A DNA stretch of 64,000 nucleotides from Octopus vulgaris (Eukaryota), in assembly GCA_951406725.2 (NCBI GenBank), contig OX597841.1, forward strand, positions 16,554,001 to 16,618,000. The letters run 5' to 3'. This document shows positions 43,198 to 57,357 of this stretch, piece after piece; positions within the stretch are counted from its first letter, which is position 1, and every line of letters begins with the position of its first letter. The notes beneath the pieces were generated by a model. It had not been told where the DNA came from, made no database searches, and worked only from the letters and a program-made list of their open reading frames with translations. A program made the position numbers and the translations under genes.

Positions 43198-43535
43198 CGA
43201 CAAAAATTGCTGCAGCTCGGCTGGGATGTGTTACCCCACCCTCCATATTCACCAGATCTTGCTCCTTCGGATTTCCACTTATTCAGGTCTCTGCAGAATT
43301 GTCTTAATGGTAAAAATTTCAATTCCTTGGATGACGTAAAAAAGATACCTTGATGAATTCTTTAACATGAAACCACCTCAATTCTGGGAAGAGGGTATTT
43401 TCAAGTTAAAGGAGAGATGGAGACGCATTGTGCAAGAAAATGGTTCATATTTGGTCGATTAAAAATGTAATGGCAAGTATTTATTGACCCTTTTCTTGCC
43501 TTTTAAAATCGGCACGGACTTTCCGGACAACCCAA
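43198..43535 (+). mobile_element. Mariner transposase C-terminal fragment with 3' TIR and TA
   Basis: LGWDVLPHPPYSPDLAPSDFHLFRSLQ..L.GKNF, then frameshifted YLDEFF..KPPQFWEEGIFKLKERWRRIVQENGSYLVD*; ends ...ggacaacccaa|TA. Joined upstream to a SINE A tail (43130-43201). Confidence 0.92.
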
Positions 43536-43943
43536 TATTATGAACATGAGGCGTAAGAGAAAAAGAAACAGAAACGCCAGCCGTTTTGTGTCGTCTGCTT
43601 ACAAAGGCGCACGCACGAGTATTGTGCTTAGTACTAATTTAACGCTACATTAATGAAGCGAGGGCATAGAGTTTCGTGAGAAAGTCGTTTCTTGATAAGT
43701 AACAGGTAAAATGTCACCAAAATCTAGGTGTTTCATATGTGGTTAATAATATATGTGTTAACATGCATGAGAAAAGCGTTTTCAAATGTTGAACGTCAAA
43801 CGATGCGATAGCTAAGTGAGAATTATTACGCTACGAAGGCACAGACTTGGTATGCAAGTCTGTGAGTGTATGTGCGCGCGCTCGTGATTGTGTGTGTATT
43901 TGTGTACACGTTACATATATATATATAAATGTATATGTATAGG

Positions 43944-44000
<57 letters not shown>

Positions 44001-44043
44001 ATATATATTCATATATTAATATATTTATGCATATATATATATG

Positions 44044-44094
<51 letters not shown>

Positions 44095-44201
44095 GTATAT
44101 ATATATGTGTGTGTATGCATGTATATATGTATAAATGCTTTGTGTGCACGTAGGTATGCCGACATACATATACAACTCGATATTTTCAAATATATATATA
44201 C

Positions 44202-44273
<72 letters not shown>

Positions 44274-44532
44274 ACACATAAATATGTATATTAAATGTAC
44301 AATTATGTAGGAAAATATTTTCTGTATAAATGTGTATTCACGCACATACTCTTACATATATATATATATATACACATACTTACACACACACACACATATA
44401 TGTTAATATATATATATATATATATGTATATATATTCATATATTAATATATTTATGCATATATATATATATATATATATATATGCATGTATATATGTATA
44501 AATGTTTTGTGTGCACGTTTTGTATGTATGTA

Positions 44533-44593
<61 letters not shown>

Positions 44594-44895
44594 TTATTTA
44601 TGCATGTATCTATGTATTGAAACATATTTAGGAGCACACACATTTATGTATACACACACACAAACACAAACACACACACACACCAACATACGTGTACATC
44701 CACGTACATACATTCATATACGAACGTGTATATATGAGTGTGAATGTGTTTATCTTTACGGAGAAATATATGGCGGCGTGGTGGAATGGAGAGGCGTGGA
44801 ATTACAAGAAAAGAAGATACGCAGATAGAAAGAAACGATAGAGAGTGTATATATTACCTTATATACGCATATATGCGTGTATATATATATAATAC

Positions 44896-45012
<117 letters not shown>

Positions 45013-45360
45013 TATATAAATATATAAATATATACATATATATATATATATACATATATGTCTATATATAATGCATATATATATATATGTACATATATGT
45101 ATATATATGTGTATATATATACATATTTATGTATGTATGTATGTATGTATGTATGTATGTATGTATGTATGTATAGATGATGTGCTTGTGTGTGTATGTG
45201 TGTGTATGCGTGTTGATGCTAGGAACGTTGGTGTCGACGGTGGAGGGGGGTGTGGGGGCTTGTAGGATGGGGAAGGGGTGTGTTTTCGGTAGATAATCCC
45301 TAATACAAAAGGATGAAAGGGTTTCGGGAAATTAATGAGTAAGATTAAAGATGAATCAAG

Positions 45361-45830
45361 TAGAGAGAGAATGAGAGAGAGAGACAGAGAGAGAGAGGGA
45401 GAGAGAGAGAAGGTGAGAGAGAGATAAGGTGAGAGAGACAGAGACAGGGAGAGAGAGAAGGTGAGAGAGACAGAGACAGGGAGAGAGAGAAGGTGAGAGA
45501 AACAGAGACAGGGAGAGAGAGAAGGTGAGAGAAACAGAGACAGGGAGAGAGAGAAGGTGAGAGAGACAGAGACAGGGAGAGAGAGAAGGTGAGAGAGACA
45601 GAGACAGGGAGAGAGAGAAGGTGAGAGAAACAGAGACAGGGAGAGAGAGAAGGTGAGAGAGAAAGAAGGTGAGAGAGACAGAGACAGGGAGAGAGAGAAG
45701 GTGAGAGAAACAGAGACAGGGAGAGAGAGAAGGTGAGAGAGAGAGAAGGTGAGAGAGACAGAGACAGGGAGAGAGAGAAGGTGAGAGAGAGAAGGTGAGA
45801 GAGACAGAGACAGGGAGAGAGAGAGAGAAG
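45361..45830. repeat. Purine-strand minisatellite, unit about 30-32 bp (GAGAGAGAAGGTGAGAGAGACAGAGACAGG)
   Basis: About a dozen tandem units derived from (GA)n. Confidence 0.9.
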
Positions 45831-46089
45831 GATAGACGAGGATGGGGTGCGGAGGGAGGGAGAGAGAGAGAGAGAAAGGGAAAGAGAGAAAGGGGGGATT
45901 TGAAACAGAGGGAGATGGAGAGAAAACAGAGGGAATTGTGAAAGAGAAAGAGAAACAGAGTGAGGGGGGAATGTGCAAAATAGAGGGAGAGAGAGAGGAG
46001 TGAGGAAGAAGAGGAAGAGTGACAGAAATGTTTATAGTAAATCAGATTCTTGGAGATTTAGAGAAAAATGGAAGATTTATATAGGTAGA

Positions 46090-46129
46090 TATATATATAT
46101 ATATATGCGTGTGTGTGAGAGGGATTATA

Positions 46130-46169
<40 letters not shown>

Positions 46170-46699
46170 TGTGAGAGAGATTATATATATGTGTGTATAT
46201 GTATATATATATATGTATATATATGTATATATGTATATATGTATATATATATGTATGTATATGTATATATGTATATATATATATATATATATATGTATAC
46301 ATATGTATATATATATATGTATATATCTATATATATATGTATATATATGTATATATATATATATGTATATATATATGTATATATATGTGTATATATATGT
46401 GTATATATATGTATATATATATATGTATATATATGTATATATATGTGTATATATATGTGTATATATATATATGTTATATATATGTATATATATATATGTA
46501 TATGTATATATATGTATATATATATGTGTGTGTATTTGTATATATATATATATATATATGCATGTGTGTATGTATATATGTATGTGTATTTATATGTATG
46601 CATATGGATGTGTGTATACACACATGCATATATAGATGTATATATATATATATGTATACGTATATATACATATATATATATACATATATATAGATATAC

Positions 46700-46759
<60 letters not shown>

Positions 46760-46809
46760 ATATATATGTATATATATATAAATATATATATATATATAAA
46801 TGTATATAT

Positions 46810-46842
<33 letters not shown>

Positions 46843-46938
46843 AATGTATATATATACATTTATATATATATGTATATATGTATATATATATATATGTATA
46901 TGTATATATGTATATGTATATATATATGTATGTATATA

Positions 46939-46997
<59 letters not shown>

Positions 46998-47242
46998 ATG
47001 TATATATGCATATGTATATATATATATATATATGTATATGTATATATGTAGATGTATATATGTATATGTATATGTGTATATGTATATATGTACATGTATA
47101 TATGTACATGTATAGATGTACATCTATATATGTATATGTATATGTATATATGTATATATATGTATATATATATATATATATATGTCTATATATGTATATA
47201 TATATAAATATATATATGTATATATATATATGTCTATATATG

Positions 47243-47276
<34 letters not shown>

Positions 47277-47280
47277 GAGA
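46090..47280. repeat. Long interrupted (TA)n/(TATG) field
   Basis: Directly visible. Confidence 0.96.
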
Positions 47281-47367
47281 GAGAGAGAGGGGTGAGTGAT
47301 AAGTACATAGACAGACAGATAGATAGAATGATAGATAGATAGATAGATAGACGGGAAGATAGGTTGG

Positions 47368-47435
<68 letters not shown>

Positions 47436-47698
47436 AAGGTAGATGGATGGATGGAGGTTGCGAGAGTTTGAAGGTGGATGCGAGAATCTACAATCATAAA
47501 ACATGCATGATTACGAGCGAAATGAAGCAGTGAGTGGCTGTTGGTGGGTGGGGGTTGATAGTAGAACGCGGGAGAAGGGAGTAAGTGAAAGAGAGGGTGT
47601 GATAGAGAGAGATGTGTGCGTGCATGTGTGTGTGTGTGTGTGTGTGTTTGTGTGTGTGTGCAGCTTTATCTGTTTTCACTAATGTAAATGTATATGCA

Positions 47699-47763
<65 letters not shown>

Positions 47764-47934
47764 TGAGAGAGAGAGAGTGAGAGAGAGAGAGAGTGAGTGA
47801 GAGAGAGAGAGACATGCATGCATGTATCTTTATACGCATACACATATATCTATATCTATCTATCTACCTAGCTATCTATGAATCCATCTATATATATGTG
47901 TGTATGAGTGTTTGTGTGTGTGTATATATATATG

Positions 47935-47986
<52 letters not shown>

Positions 47987-48046
47987 TACATACATACATA
48001 CATACATACATACATACATACATACATACATACATGCATGCATACG

Positions 48047-48079
<33 letters not shown>

Positions 48080-48948
48080 GCATGTATAGTTATATGTATA
48101 TTTACACGTGTAGAAATATACGTATACACAGAGTTACACAAACGCACAAACACTGAAGATTTCACACATCAAACACATATGCACATACACCAATATATAT
48201 ACACACATATATATATACACACACATAGAGAAATATGTATACACACACGTATAAATATTTATATATATATACATATATATATATAGCAAGAAGGAGAAAG
48301 AAATACGCAGAGCATGTAAGAAATACATAACAGATGATGAGAGAGAGTTCGATACCTAGGTAGTTCGATAGGGGAAGGGAAAGACAGAAAAAGAAGGGGA
48401 GCGATAAAGGGAATATACGGAAAGAAAGAAAAGCATTAAAAAAATCAAGTAAAGAAAGTCTCATATATTTCAAAATGAAAGTGAAAGTAGAGAGAATAAA
48501 TGTCCACGCCTTCCTCATATTTCTTACTTTCCCCACTCCTCAAATAAATACGCACCACCCTTCTCACATCCACACCTCCACCTTCTTACAGAGAAAAAAA
48601 AACCCCGCAAGAATCATTTTGATGTTACTCTGACAGTGTGAACAGATATTAGCTATTAATGAAAAATGTGAAGAGACGAAACGAACAGGCTTAGCTGTGT
48701 GGTTAAGAACCTTGCCTTGCAACCGTGTGACTTAGAATCGGGTTTCGGTGCCGCTGCACAGCATGTTAAGAAAAATGTCTTAAACTATTATCGCCGAGTT
48801 GACCAAATTCTTTTGACGCATTTCGACGGAGTCCAATTTTGTGAAATTTGTCGGAAACTCTCTAGTTTTGTGTACACACACACACACATGTATACATATA
48901 TACATACATACACACACACGCACACACACACACATATATATATATATA

Positions 48949-49215
48949 TCACGTGATCACGTGACCGACCAGACCATCAGATGTTTTTACACATCGCTGG
49001 TCACAATGCGTTCGCACTGTTTTAGCCTTCAAATGACGCTACCCCGCTGGCTAAGCGAGCAGGCCAACAGAAGAAAGAGAGAAAGAGTGGTGAACGAGTA
49101 CAGCAGGGATCACCACCCTTGCCGGAGCCTCGTGGAGCTCTTAGGTGTCTTGGAATCGAAACCACGATCCTATGACCGCGAGTCCGCTGCCCTAACCACT
49201 GGGCCATTGCGCCTC

Positions 49216-49217
<2 letters not shown>
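48949..49217 (-). mobile_element. SINE with family B head and alternative 3' tail ending in (TCACGTGA)2
   Basis: 49068-49217 matches the family B head and hairpin; 48949-49067 matches the solo tail at 31441-31563. Confidence 0.85.
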
Positions 49218-49305
<88 letters not shown>

Positions 49306-49319
49306 CATTCATACATACA

Positions 49320-49466
<147 letters not shown>

Positions 49467-49821
49467 TCCCATTATTCCATCGGATTTTGGTAATTTGTGC
49501 CTTTCGAAACACGTGTAGAATGAAATAAAACGATTTCTGTTCAATCTGCGTTCAGCTCCATTTCTTCAATTCACCAATAATGTTCTAATTTCAATTATCC
49601 GCACCAACGCACGGTTGCAACACCATATGGTTGTACCTCCAACCGTGCTGTTTTACTGCTGTGATTTTTGCTACTAAGGTATCGGTTAAACTTTTGATTA
49701 ATCTACTACAAGATTATTCATCTTTCTATTTCACATAATATATATATATATATATATTGATAAAAATGGTAAGACAACAAAAGAAAGGAAGAGACCTCGA
49801 TATTATGTTAATAGAGGAATT

Positions 49822-50015
49822 TATCTGTAAATGTAATATGTGACAATTATTCGGTAGCCATGATAAAACTCCGAGTTTCGGACGCCGAGGTGGTAAACCA
49901 CGCCGCCATGGCCGGATAACTGAAGAGCTGGCGGCGTGGATTTCCACTTCGGCGTCCGAAACTCGGGGTTTTATCATGGCTACCGAATAATTGTCACATA
50001 TTACATTTACAGATA
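49822..50015. repeat. 87-bp-arm inverted repeat with 20-nt loop (inverted Penelope-like ends containing a hammerhead motif)
   Basis: Arms 49822-49908 and 49929-50015 differ at 4 positions; the plus strand has GATAA CTGAAGA...GAAAC TCGGG GTT TTATC (49915-49975). Confidence 0.9.
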
Positions 50016-50037
50016 TATATATATATATATATATATA

Positions 50038-50428
50038 TGGCTGTGTGGTAAGTAGCTTACTAACCAGCCACATGGTTCCGGGTTCAGTCCCACTGCGTGG
50101 CATCTTGGGCAAGTGTCTTCTGCTATAGCCCCGGGCCGACCAATGCCTTGTGAGTGGATTTGGTAGACGGAAACTGAAAGAAGCCTGTCGTATATATGTA
50201 TATATATATATGTATGTGTGTGTGTTTGTGTGTCTGTGTTTGTTCCCCTAGCATTGCTTGACAACCGATGCTGGTGTGTTTACGTCCCCGTCAGCTAGCA
50301 TTCGTCAAAAAGAGACCGAATGAATAAGTACTGGGCTTACAAAAAGAATAAGTCCCGGGGTCGAGTTGCTCGACGAAAAGGCGGTGCTCCAGCATGGCGG
50401 CAGTCAAATGACTGAAACAAGTAAAAGA

Positions 50429-50431
<3 letters not shown>
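50038..50431 (+). mobile_element. SINE family A, near full length
   Basis: Colinear with 11137-11615. Confidence 0.92.
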
Positions 50432-50494
<63 letters not shown>

Positions 50495-50624
50495 GGAATT
50501 TATAAAAACAAAATACGAGGGCGGGTGTGTAAGCAACAAACATGTGTATCAGTTTAATGCTTGAGATGGCGAGAAAGTCTTTTATGTTTCGAGCCTACGC
50601 TCTTCAACAGAAAGGAACATACTG

Positions 50625-51341
50625 CCCCTGAAGGTTCATATAATGTTTTGTGGGGTTCATGCGACAAAATAGTAAACTGGGGATCCACAATACTATTTTA
50701 AGGGCTCCTGAATAACTTTTGCCGTAGATGTATATATTGGTCTTTATTGTAAGAAACAGCTGGGTTTCTTTCTCTAACATATAGGCGCAGGAGTGGCTAT
50801 GTGGTAAGTAGCTTGTTTACCAACCACATGGTTCCGGGTTCAGTCCCACTGCGTGCCACCTTGGGCGTCTTCTACTATAGCCTCGGGTCGACCAAAGCCT
50901 TGTGAGTGGATTTGGTAGACGGAAACTGAAAGAAGCCCGTTGTATATATGTATATATATGCGTGTGTGTGTTTGTGTGTCTGTGTTTGTCCCCTCGCATT
51001 GCTTGACAACCGATGGTGGTGTGTTTACGTCCCCGTAACCTAGCGGCTCGGCAAAAGAGACCGATAGAATAAGAACTGGGCTTACAAAAAAGAATAAGTC
51101 CCGGGGTCGAGTTGCTCGATTACAGGCGGTGCTCCAGCATGGCCGCAGTCAAATGACTGAAACAAGTATAAAAGAGTCAGAGAGATGAACCTACACAAGT
51201 TAATCTGTGAAAAACAAGGGAATTTTGGAAGGAGTTTCTATAAAAACTAATTTTTTAACATCGAACATCTGCGGGGATCCGTCAGAATAAAACTGTGATC
51301 AAAGGAGGCCATATATGAAAAGCAAATGTTGAGAACCCTTG
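50625..51341. mobile_element. Possible old hAT-like non-autonomous element interrupted by a SINE
   Basis: Repeated ggggttcat/ggggatccac/ggggatccg subterminal-like motifs and an end gttgagaacccttg resembling hAT termini. Confidence 0.4.
50783..51180 (+). mobile_element. SINE family A, full length
   Basis: aggcgcaggagtggctatgtggtaag...aaacaagtataaaagag. Confidence 0.92.
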
Positions 51342-51839
51342 TCCAAGAATCAGTTTTGCCAACTCGGGATAAAATTCATTGATCAAAATCGTTAGAATTT
51401 CTACACAAGTTGGTAAACAAAAATTGCTTTAACCTTGAAAGGCAAGATTCATATTACTGGCATTAAGGTGATTAAAACCGAAGTCTGGACATTGTAGAAG
51501 ATTCTGGTAAGTGATCTGCGTTTTACACAACATCTAGACGTGATGGAAACAATCTAATTTTAGATTTGAAGGCAGCAAAGCGAAATTAGCTCGGAAACAT
51601 CTTACTCGGTCTTCTGCAAACAAAATCTTTGCTGCACAGTATAGATGTTTACTCGTTCGTCGTGTGTATGCATATATATATACCGGAGTAAACACATAAA
51701 TGTGAAACAAGGTGGAAAAAAGAGTACTCAAATACCAGTGGTAGGGTAATATGCTTTATTTAAAGCAGCAGAAAATTCAACAAAACCTGTTATTCTGAGT
51801 TTCCCGTTGCCGTTCGTCGGACAGTTTTTGCTTTAAATG

Positions 51840-51894
<55 letters not shown>

Positions 51895-51897
51895 TAT

Positions 51898-51928
<31 letters not shown>

Positions 51929-52097
51929 CTATTTATATATATTGATATTTCATGCACATTCGCATTTGATACTATAGTTTATATATGTATATATTCCTTT
52001 ATTTGTTTTAGTCATTTGACTGTGGTCATGCTGGAGCACCGCTTATATATGAAAGGTAAAGTCGAACTTTATAAATTCTGAAATGAAAACCCGGCCT

Positions 52098-52318
52098 TAA
52101 TATTGATTTCAAACTTTGGCACAAGGTCAGCATTTGTAGGGAGTGGAGCTAGTCGATTAGATTGACCCCAGTACGCAACTGGTACTTAATTTATGATCCC
52201 TGAAAGGATGAAAGGCAAAGTCAACCTTGGCGGAATTTGAATTCAGACCGTAAATCCGGACGATATGCCGCTAAGCATTTTGTCCGCCATGCTAACAATT
52301 CTGCTAACTCTCCGCCCT
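52098..52318 (-). mobile_element. Older SINE family C variant with a different 3' tail and probable TSD
   Basis: Family C head and central domain; flanks ccggccttaatatt (52091) and ccaggccctaatatt (52321). Confidence 0.82.
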
Positions 52319-52564
52319 CACCAGGCCCTAATATTAACAACTGCTTAGATTCTGCAAAAGACAGCCAAGTTGCCAAGAGAGGGCGCTAAATGCGATGGGC
52401 CTTGGTCCTGACAAAGATAATGGCCTGTTAAGATTAGAGCTTGGATTAATCGCATACGGTCTCCCTTTGACAGATACGATTAACCACAGTTCGACTCTTC
52501 AACGGATCTTTGCGCTTACAGAGATTCTAAGACGCACCTATAGAGAATTTTAGGCCCCAACCGT

Positions 52565-52967
52565 CTAAGAATTAGACGTTATGGATCGTCACCTATGTCG
52601 CCCTTTCCCAAGTACGTTTTCTAAAAATTAGAGTTATGGATCGTCACCTATGGCCACCATTTTCCAAGCCCGTTTTCTAATTAGCGTTATGGATCTTCAA
52701 CTATGGTCGCCCTTTCCCAAGCACGTTTTCTAAGAATTAGCGTTATGGAATGGCCCCTATGGTCGCCCTTTCCCAAGCCCGTTTTTTAAGAATTAGCGTT
52801 ATGGACTGTCCCCTATGGTCGCCCTTTCCCAAGCACGTTTTCTAAGAATTAGCGATATGGATCTTCATCTATGATTGCCCCCTATGGTCGCCCTTTCCCA
52901 AGCCCGTTTTCTAAGAATTAGCGTTATGGATTGTCCCCTATGGCCGCCCTTTCCCAAGCACGTTTTC
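52565..52967. repeat. Minisatellite, about 56-bp unit x7
   Basis: Consensus CTAAGAATTAGCGTTATGGA nnnnnn CCTATGGTCGCCCTTTCCCAAGCMCGTTTT. Confidence 0.93.
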
Positions 52968-53354
52968 CAATAGCTCATCTCTTCGATGGAGCTGCAGGTC
53001 TTGATCAAAGAAAGATCGAGAGTAACACATGGTACCTGGCACCAGTAATGTCGACGTGATCATAGCCCTCTTCACAGCAGCTTCGCACATGAGAAGAGAT
53101 TGTGAGGAACGACATGGGGTGAGGACGGGGAATTACCATTTCAGAACAGAAGGGGGGGGTATGATAGATAAAGAATTCAGAGAGCAACTACATTAAATAA
53201 AGAAGTGATTAATTAGTTGACTCGCTTTTACGGATACCTCTGATCTCAGAAATTCAATAACATGATTTTAAACTCTTTCTCTGTTAGAAATTGCGGTGAG
53301 AGACACACAGACGTCAGACAGCGGATAGATAGAGTTACACAGGCAATCAGACAA

Positions 53355-53401
<47 letters not shown>

Positions 53402-53815
53402 CACGTGCCTTTGTGCACAAATATTGATATTTTTATCAATTTAAATTATCGACAACCAAAGAAAACGGTGATAGCACAAAGAGGAGCGTAAGGAATATAT
53501 AAGTCATAATGAAGAGAAAGGACCATTAGCTTCTAATTATTGATAACAGTTTGTTTATATATGTGTGTGTATGAATGTGTACGTGTTTGTGAAGGTACGC
53601 TTATGCGTGTGGCTGTGTGTGTGTTTGTAAGTTCGTGATTGTGTATGTATATAAATCTCTCCATCTCCACAGCTATGTATGTATTTATCTAACTCTTTAT
53701 CAATCGATCTAATTGCGTATCTCGATATCTCTTTTTCTATCGATCAATATATCACTTTATCTATCTATATTTCTCTTTATCCATCTATTTATCTAGCTAT
53801 CCATGTCTGTGTGTC

Positions 53816-54360
<545 letters not shown>

Positions 54361-54572
54361 TCTTATCTATCTAACTATAAACCAATCAATGTATGCATTC
54401 AACAATCGATCAATCAATCAGTCAATCGATCAATCAATTAATCGATCAATCAATCTATAAATCTATCTGTGTATGTGTGTGTTTGTATGTGTGTGTATGC
54501 GTGTGTATATATACATACATATATATATAAATACCTACACACACACACATATATATACATATACATATGTAC

Positions 54573-54622
<50 letters not shown>

Positions 54623-54625
<3 letters not shown>

Positions 54626-54768
54626 GGTAAGTAGCTTGCCTACCAACCACATGGTTCCAGGTTCAGTCCCACTGCGTGGCATCTTGGGCAAGTGTCTTCT
54701 GCTATAGCCCCGGGCCGACCAATGCCTTGTGAGTGGATTTGGTAGACGGAAACTGAAAGAAGCCTGTC

Positions 54769-54828
<60 letters not shown>

Positions 54829-55036
54829 ATGTGTTTCTCTGTGTTTGTCCCCCTAGCATTGCTTGACAACCGATGCTGGTTTACGTCCCCGTCACTTAGC
54901 GGTTCGGCAAAAGAGACCGATAGAATCAGTACTGGGCTTACAAAGAATAAGTCCTGGGGTCGATTTGCTCGACTAAAGGCGGTGCTCCAGCATGGCCACA
55001 GTCAAAGGACTGAAACAAGTAAAATAGTAAAAGAGT
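54623..55036 (+). mobile_element. SINE family A, near full length
   Basis: Colinear with family A. Confidence 0.92.
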
Positions 55037-55056
55037 ATATATATATATATACACTA

Positions 55057-55317
55057 TGGTAATCCGTCGGTTACGACGACGGGGGTACCAGTTGATCCGA
55101 TCAACGGAACAGCCTGCACGTGAGATTAACATGCAAGTGATTAATCCCTCAACAGACATGTGTCCCCTTAATGTAGTTCTCGAGGAGACGCAACGTGACA
55201 CAGAATGTGATAGGCTGGCCCCTTTGAAATACATGTACAGCAGAAACAGGAAGAAAGAGTGAGAGAAAGTTGTGGTGAAAGAGTACAGCTACCCTAGCCA
55301 CTGGGCCATTGCACCTC

Positions 55318-55319
<2 letters not shown>
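55057..55319 (-). mobile_element. SINE family B with internal deletion
   Basis: tccgtcggttacgacgacg...gagtacagc|taccctagccactgggccattgcacctcca. Confidence 0.85.
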
Positions 55320-55374
<55 letters not shown>

Positions 55375-55422
55375 ACAAGCAATGGATCTATCTATCTGCC
55401 TATCTATCTACTTATCTGTCTG

Positions 55423-55494
<72 letters not shown>

Positions 55495-55650
55495 CCTATC
55501 TACCTATCTACCTATCTACCTATCTATCAATCTATCTGGCAAGGATGGCACGTATGAATGACGAAGCCACCTTGACTATGATTCTATGAACCGTAAAAAT
55601 TAATACAGAGAGTTGCTTATTTGCAAAAAAAAAAAAAAAAGAAATATAAC

Positions 55651-55972
55651 ATGTGACTTCATTGACCGAGGTTACCGTGGTCTTTTCCGTAGGCTTTTCT
55701 TTCCACGGGTAAACCTCACCTGTCCTCCCCTTTACACTTCATATTGACATTTCTGTGATAACGATCCCTATTGATCCAATTTTTTTCCTTTCCCTTTCCC
55801 CACCCTTTAAAAAAATTTTTTATTTTATCCCCCCCTTTTTTTGTCCTCTTTCTTTCCATTTACGATCCCTTTTGATCGAAACCAAACCCCCTTCTTTTTC
55901 CCCCAAAAGAGAAGCTCTACCTTCTAATTTTGTCCTGTCTGTGTGCAGCCCTGTGTGGCTAATAAAGAAACA

Positions 55973-55975
<3 letters not shown>
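55651..55975 (+). mobile_element. Repeat family D: LINE-like 3' tail with AATAAA running into (TATC)n; short second copy at 56181-56220
   Basis: Ends TGTGTGCAGCCCTGTGTGGCTAATAAAGAAACATATCTATC; homologous pieces at 11615 and 13015. Confidence 0.75.
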
Positions 55976-56006
<31 letters not shown>

Positions 56007-56008
56007 AA

Positions 56009-56061
<53 letters not shown>

Positions 56062-56062
56062 G

Positions 56063-56136
<74 letters not shown>

Positions 56137-56217
56137 CATCTATCCATCCACCTATCTATCTATCTATCTATCTATCTGTCCCATCTGTGTGCAGCCCTGT
56201 GTGGCCAATAAAGAAAC

Positions 56218-56282
<65 letters not shown>

Positions 56283-56893
56283 CACCTATCTATCTATCTG
56301 TCTGCCTGTCTGTCTGTCTGTCTGCCTTTCTGTCTGTCTGTCTGTCTGTCTGCCTTTCTGTCTGTCTATCTATCTACTCCTTGCTCTCACATCTAGGCTG
56401 TCGTTCTTATTTACGTACATAGGGTAGTCGTTCCTTACTCTCATATTGCGTTTGTTAAAAACGGCACTAACAAAGACCCGATAATGAAACGGAAGGAAGG
56501 GTCACCAGCCCCATAACTGTTATTCCTTTCGCATGTACAACGCTTCACACTTTATCACGTCCCCTACTGCAGAGGAGAAAAACTTGAAAGCGGTTTGAAT
56601 ATTGCGCATGTGCGAAGATGACGCTCGAAAGTGAGGCGTAAATATATATATGTATACGTTTAGCGGAATCTACATTTCGTGGTATGTTAATTCTTGGCAT
56701 TGAGTCTTTCCAATGATTGCAATACACACACACATTCACACACACACACACACAAACATTCACATACACACACATTCGCACACACACATACACACACACA
56801 TTCACACACACACACATTCACACATTCACACACATTCACACACACACATTCACACACATACACACTCACATTCACTCACACACACTCACATTC

Positions 56894-56928
<35 letters not shown>

Positions 56929-56964
56929 CATTCACACACACACACACACACATTCACACACACA

Positions 56965-56999
<35 letters not shown>

Positions 57000-57057
57000 T
57001 GCACATATATTTGTACAGATACGTACGCATATATCTGTGTGTATTTAAATGTGTGTA

Positions 57058-57286
57058 TGCGTGGCTGTGTGATAAGAAGCTTGCTTCCCAACCACATGGA
57101 TCAGGGTTCAATCCCACTGCGTGGTATCATGGACAAGTGTCCTTTACTATAGCCACGAGCTGACCAAAGTCTTGTGACAGGATTTGCTACACGGAAACTG
57201 AAAGAAGCCCGTCGTATATATATATATATACACACATTATTTTATATATATATATATACATTATTTTATATATATATATGTATATA

Positions 57287-57357
<71 letters not shown>

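Noticed and set aside
42985-43353. SETMAR-like or domesticated transposase fusion ORF
   Set aside because: The ORF is a chance read-through of (CA)n, a SINE tail and a frameshifted mariner fragment lacking the first two catalytic Asp residues.
52371-52389. CTCF-like motif TGCCAAGAGAGGGCGCTA
   Set aside because: Two core mismatches and a single occurrence; not supportable without ChIP or PWM scoring.
52565-52967. CRISPR-like array
   Set aside because: The variable parts are only about 7 bp and related to each other, there are no cas genes, and the context is eukaryotic.
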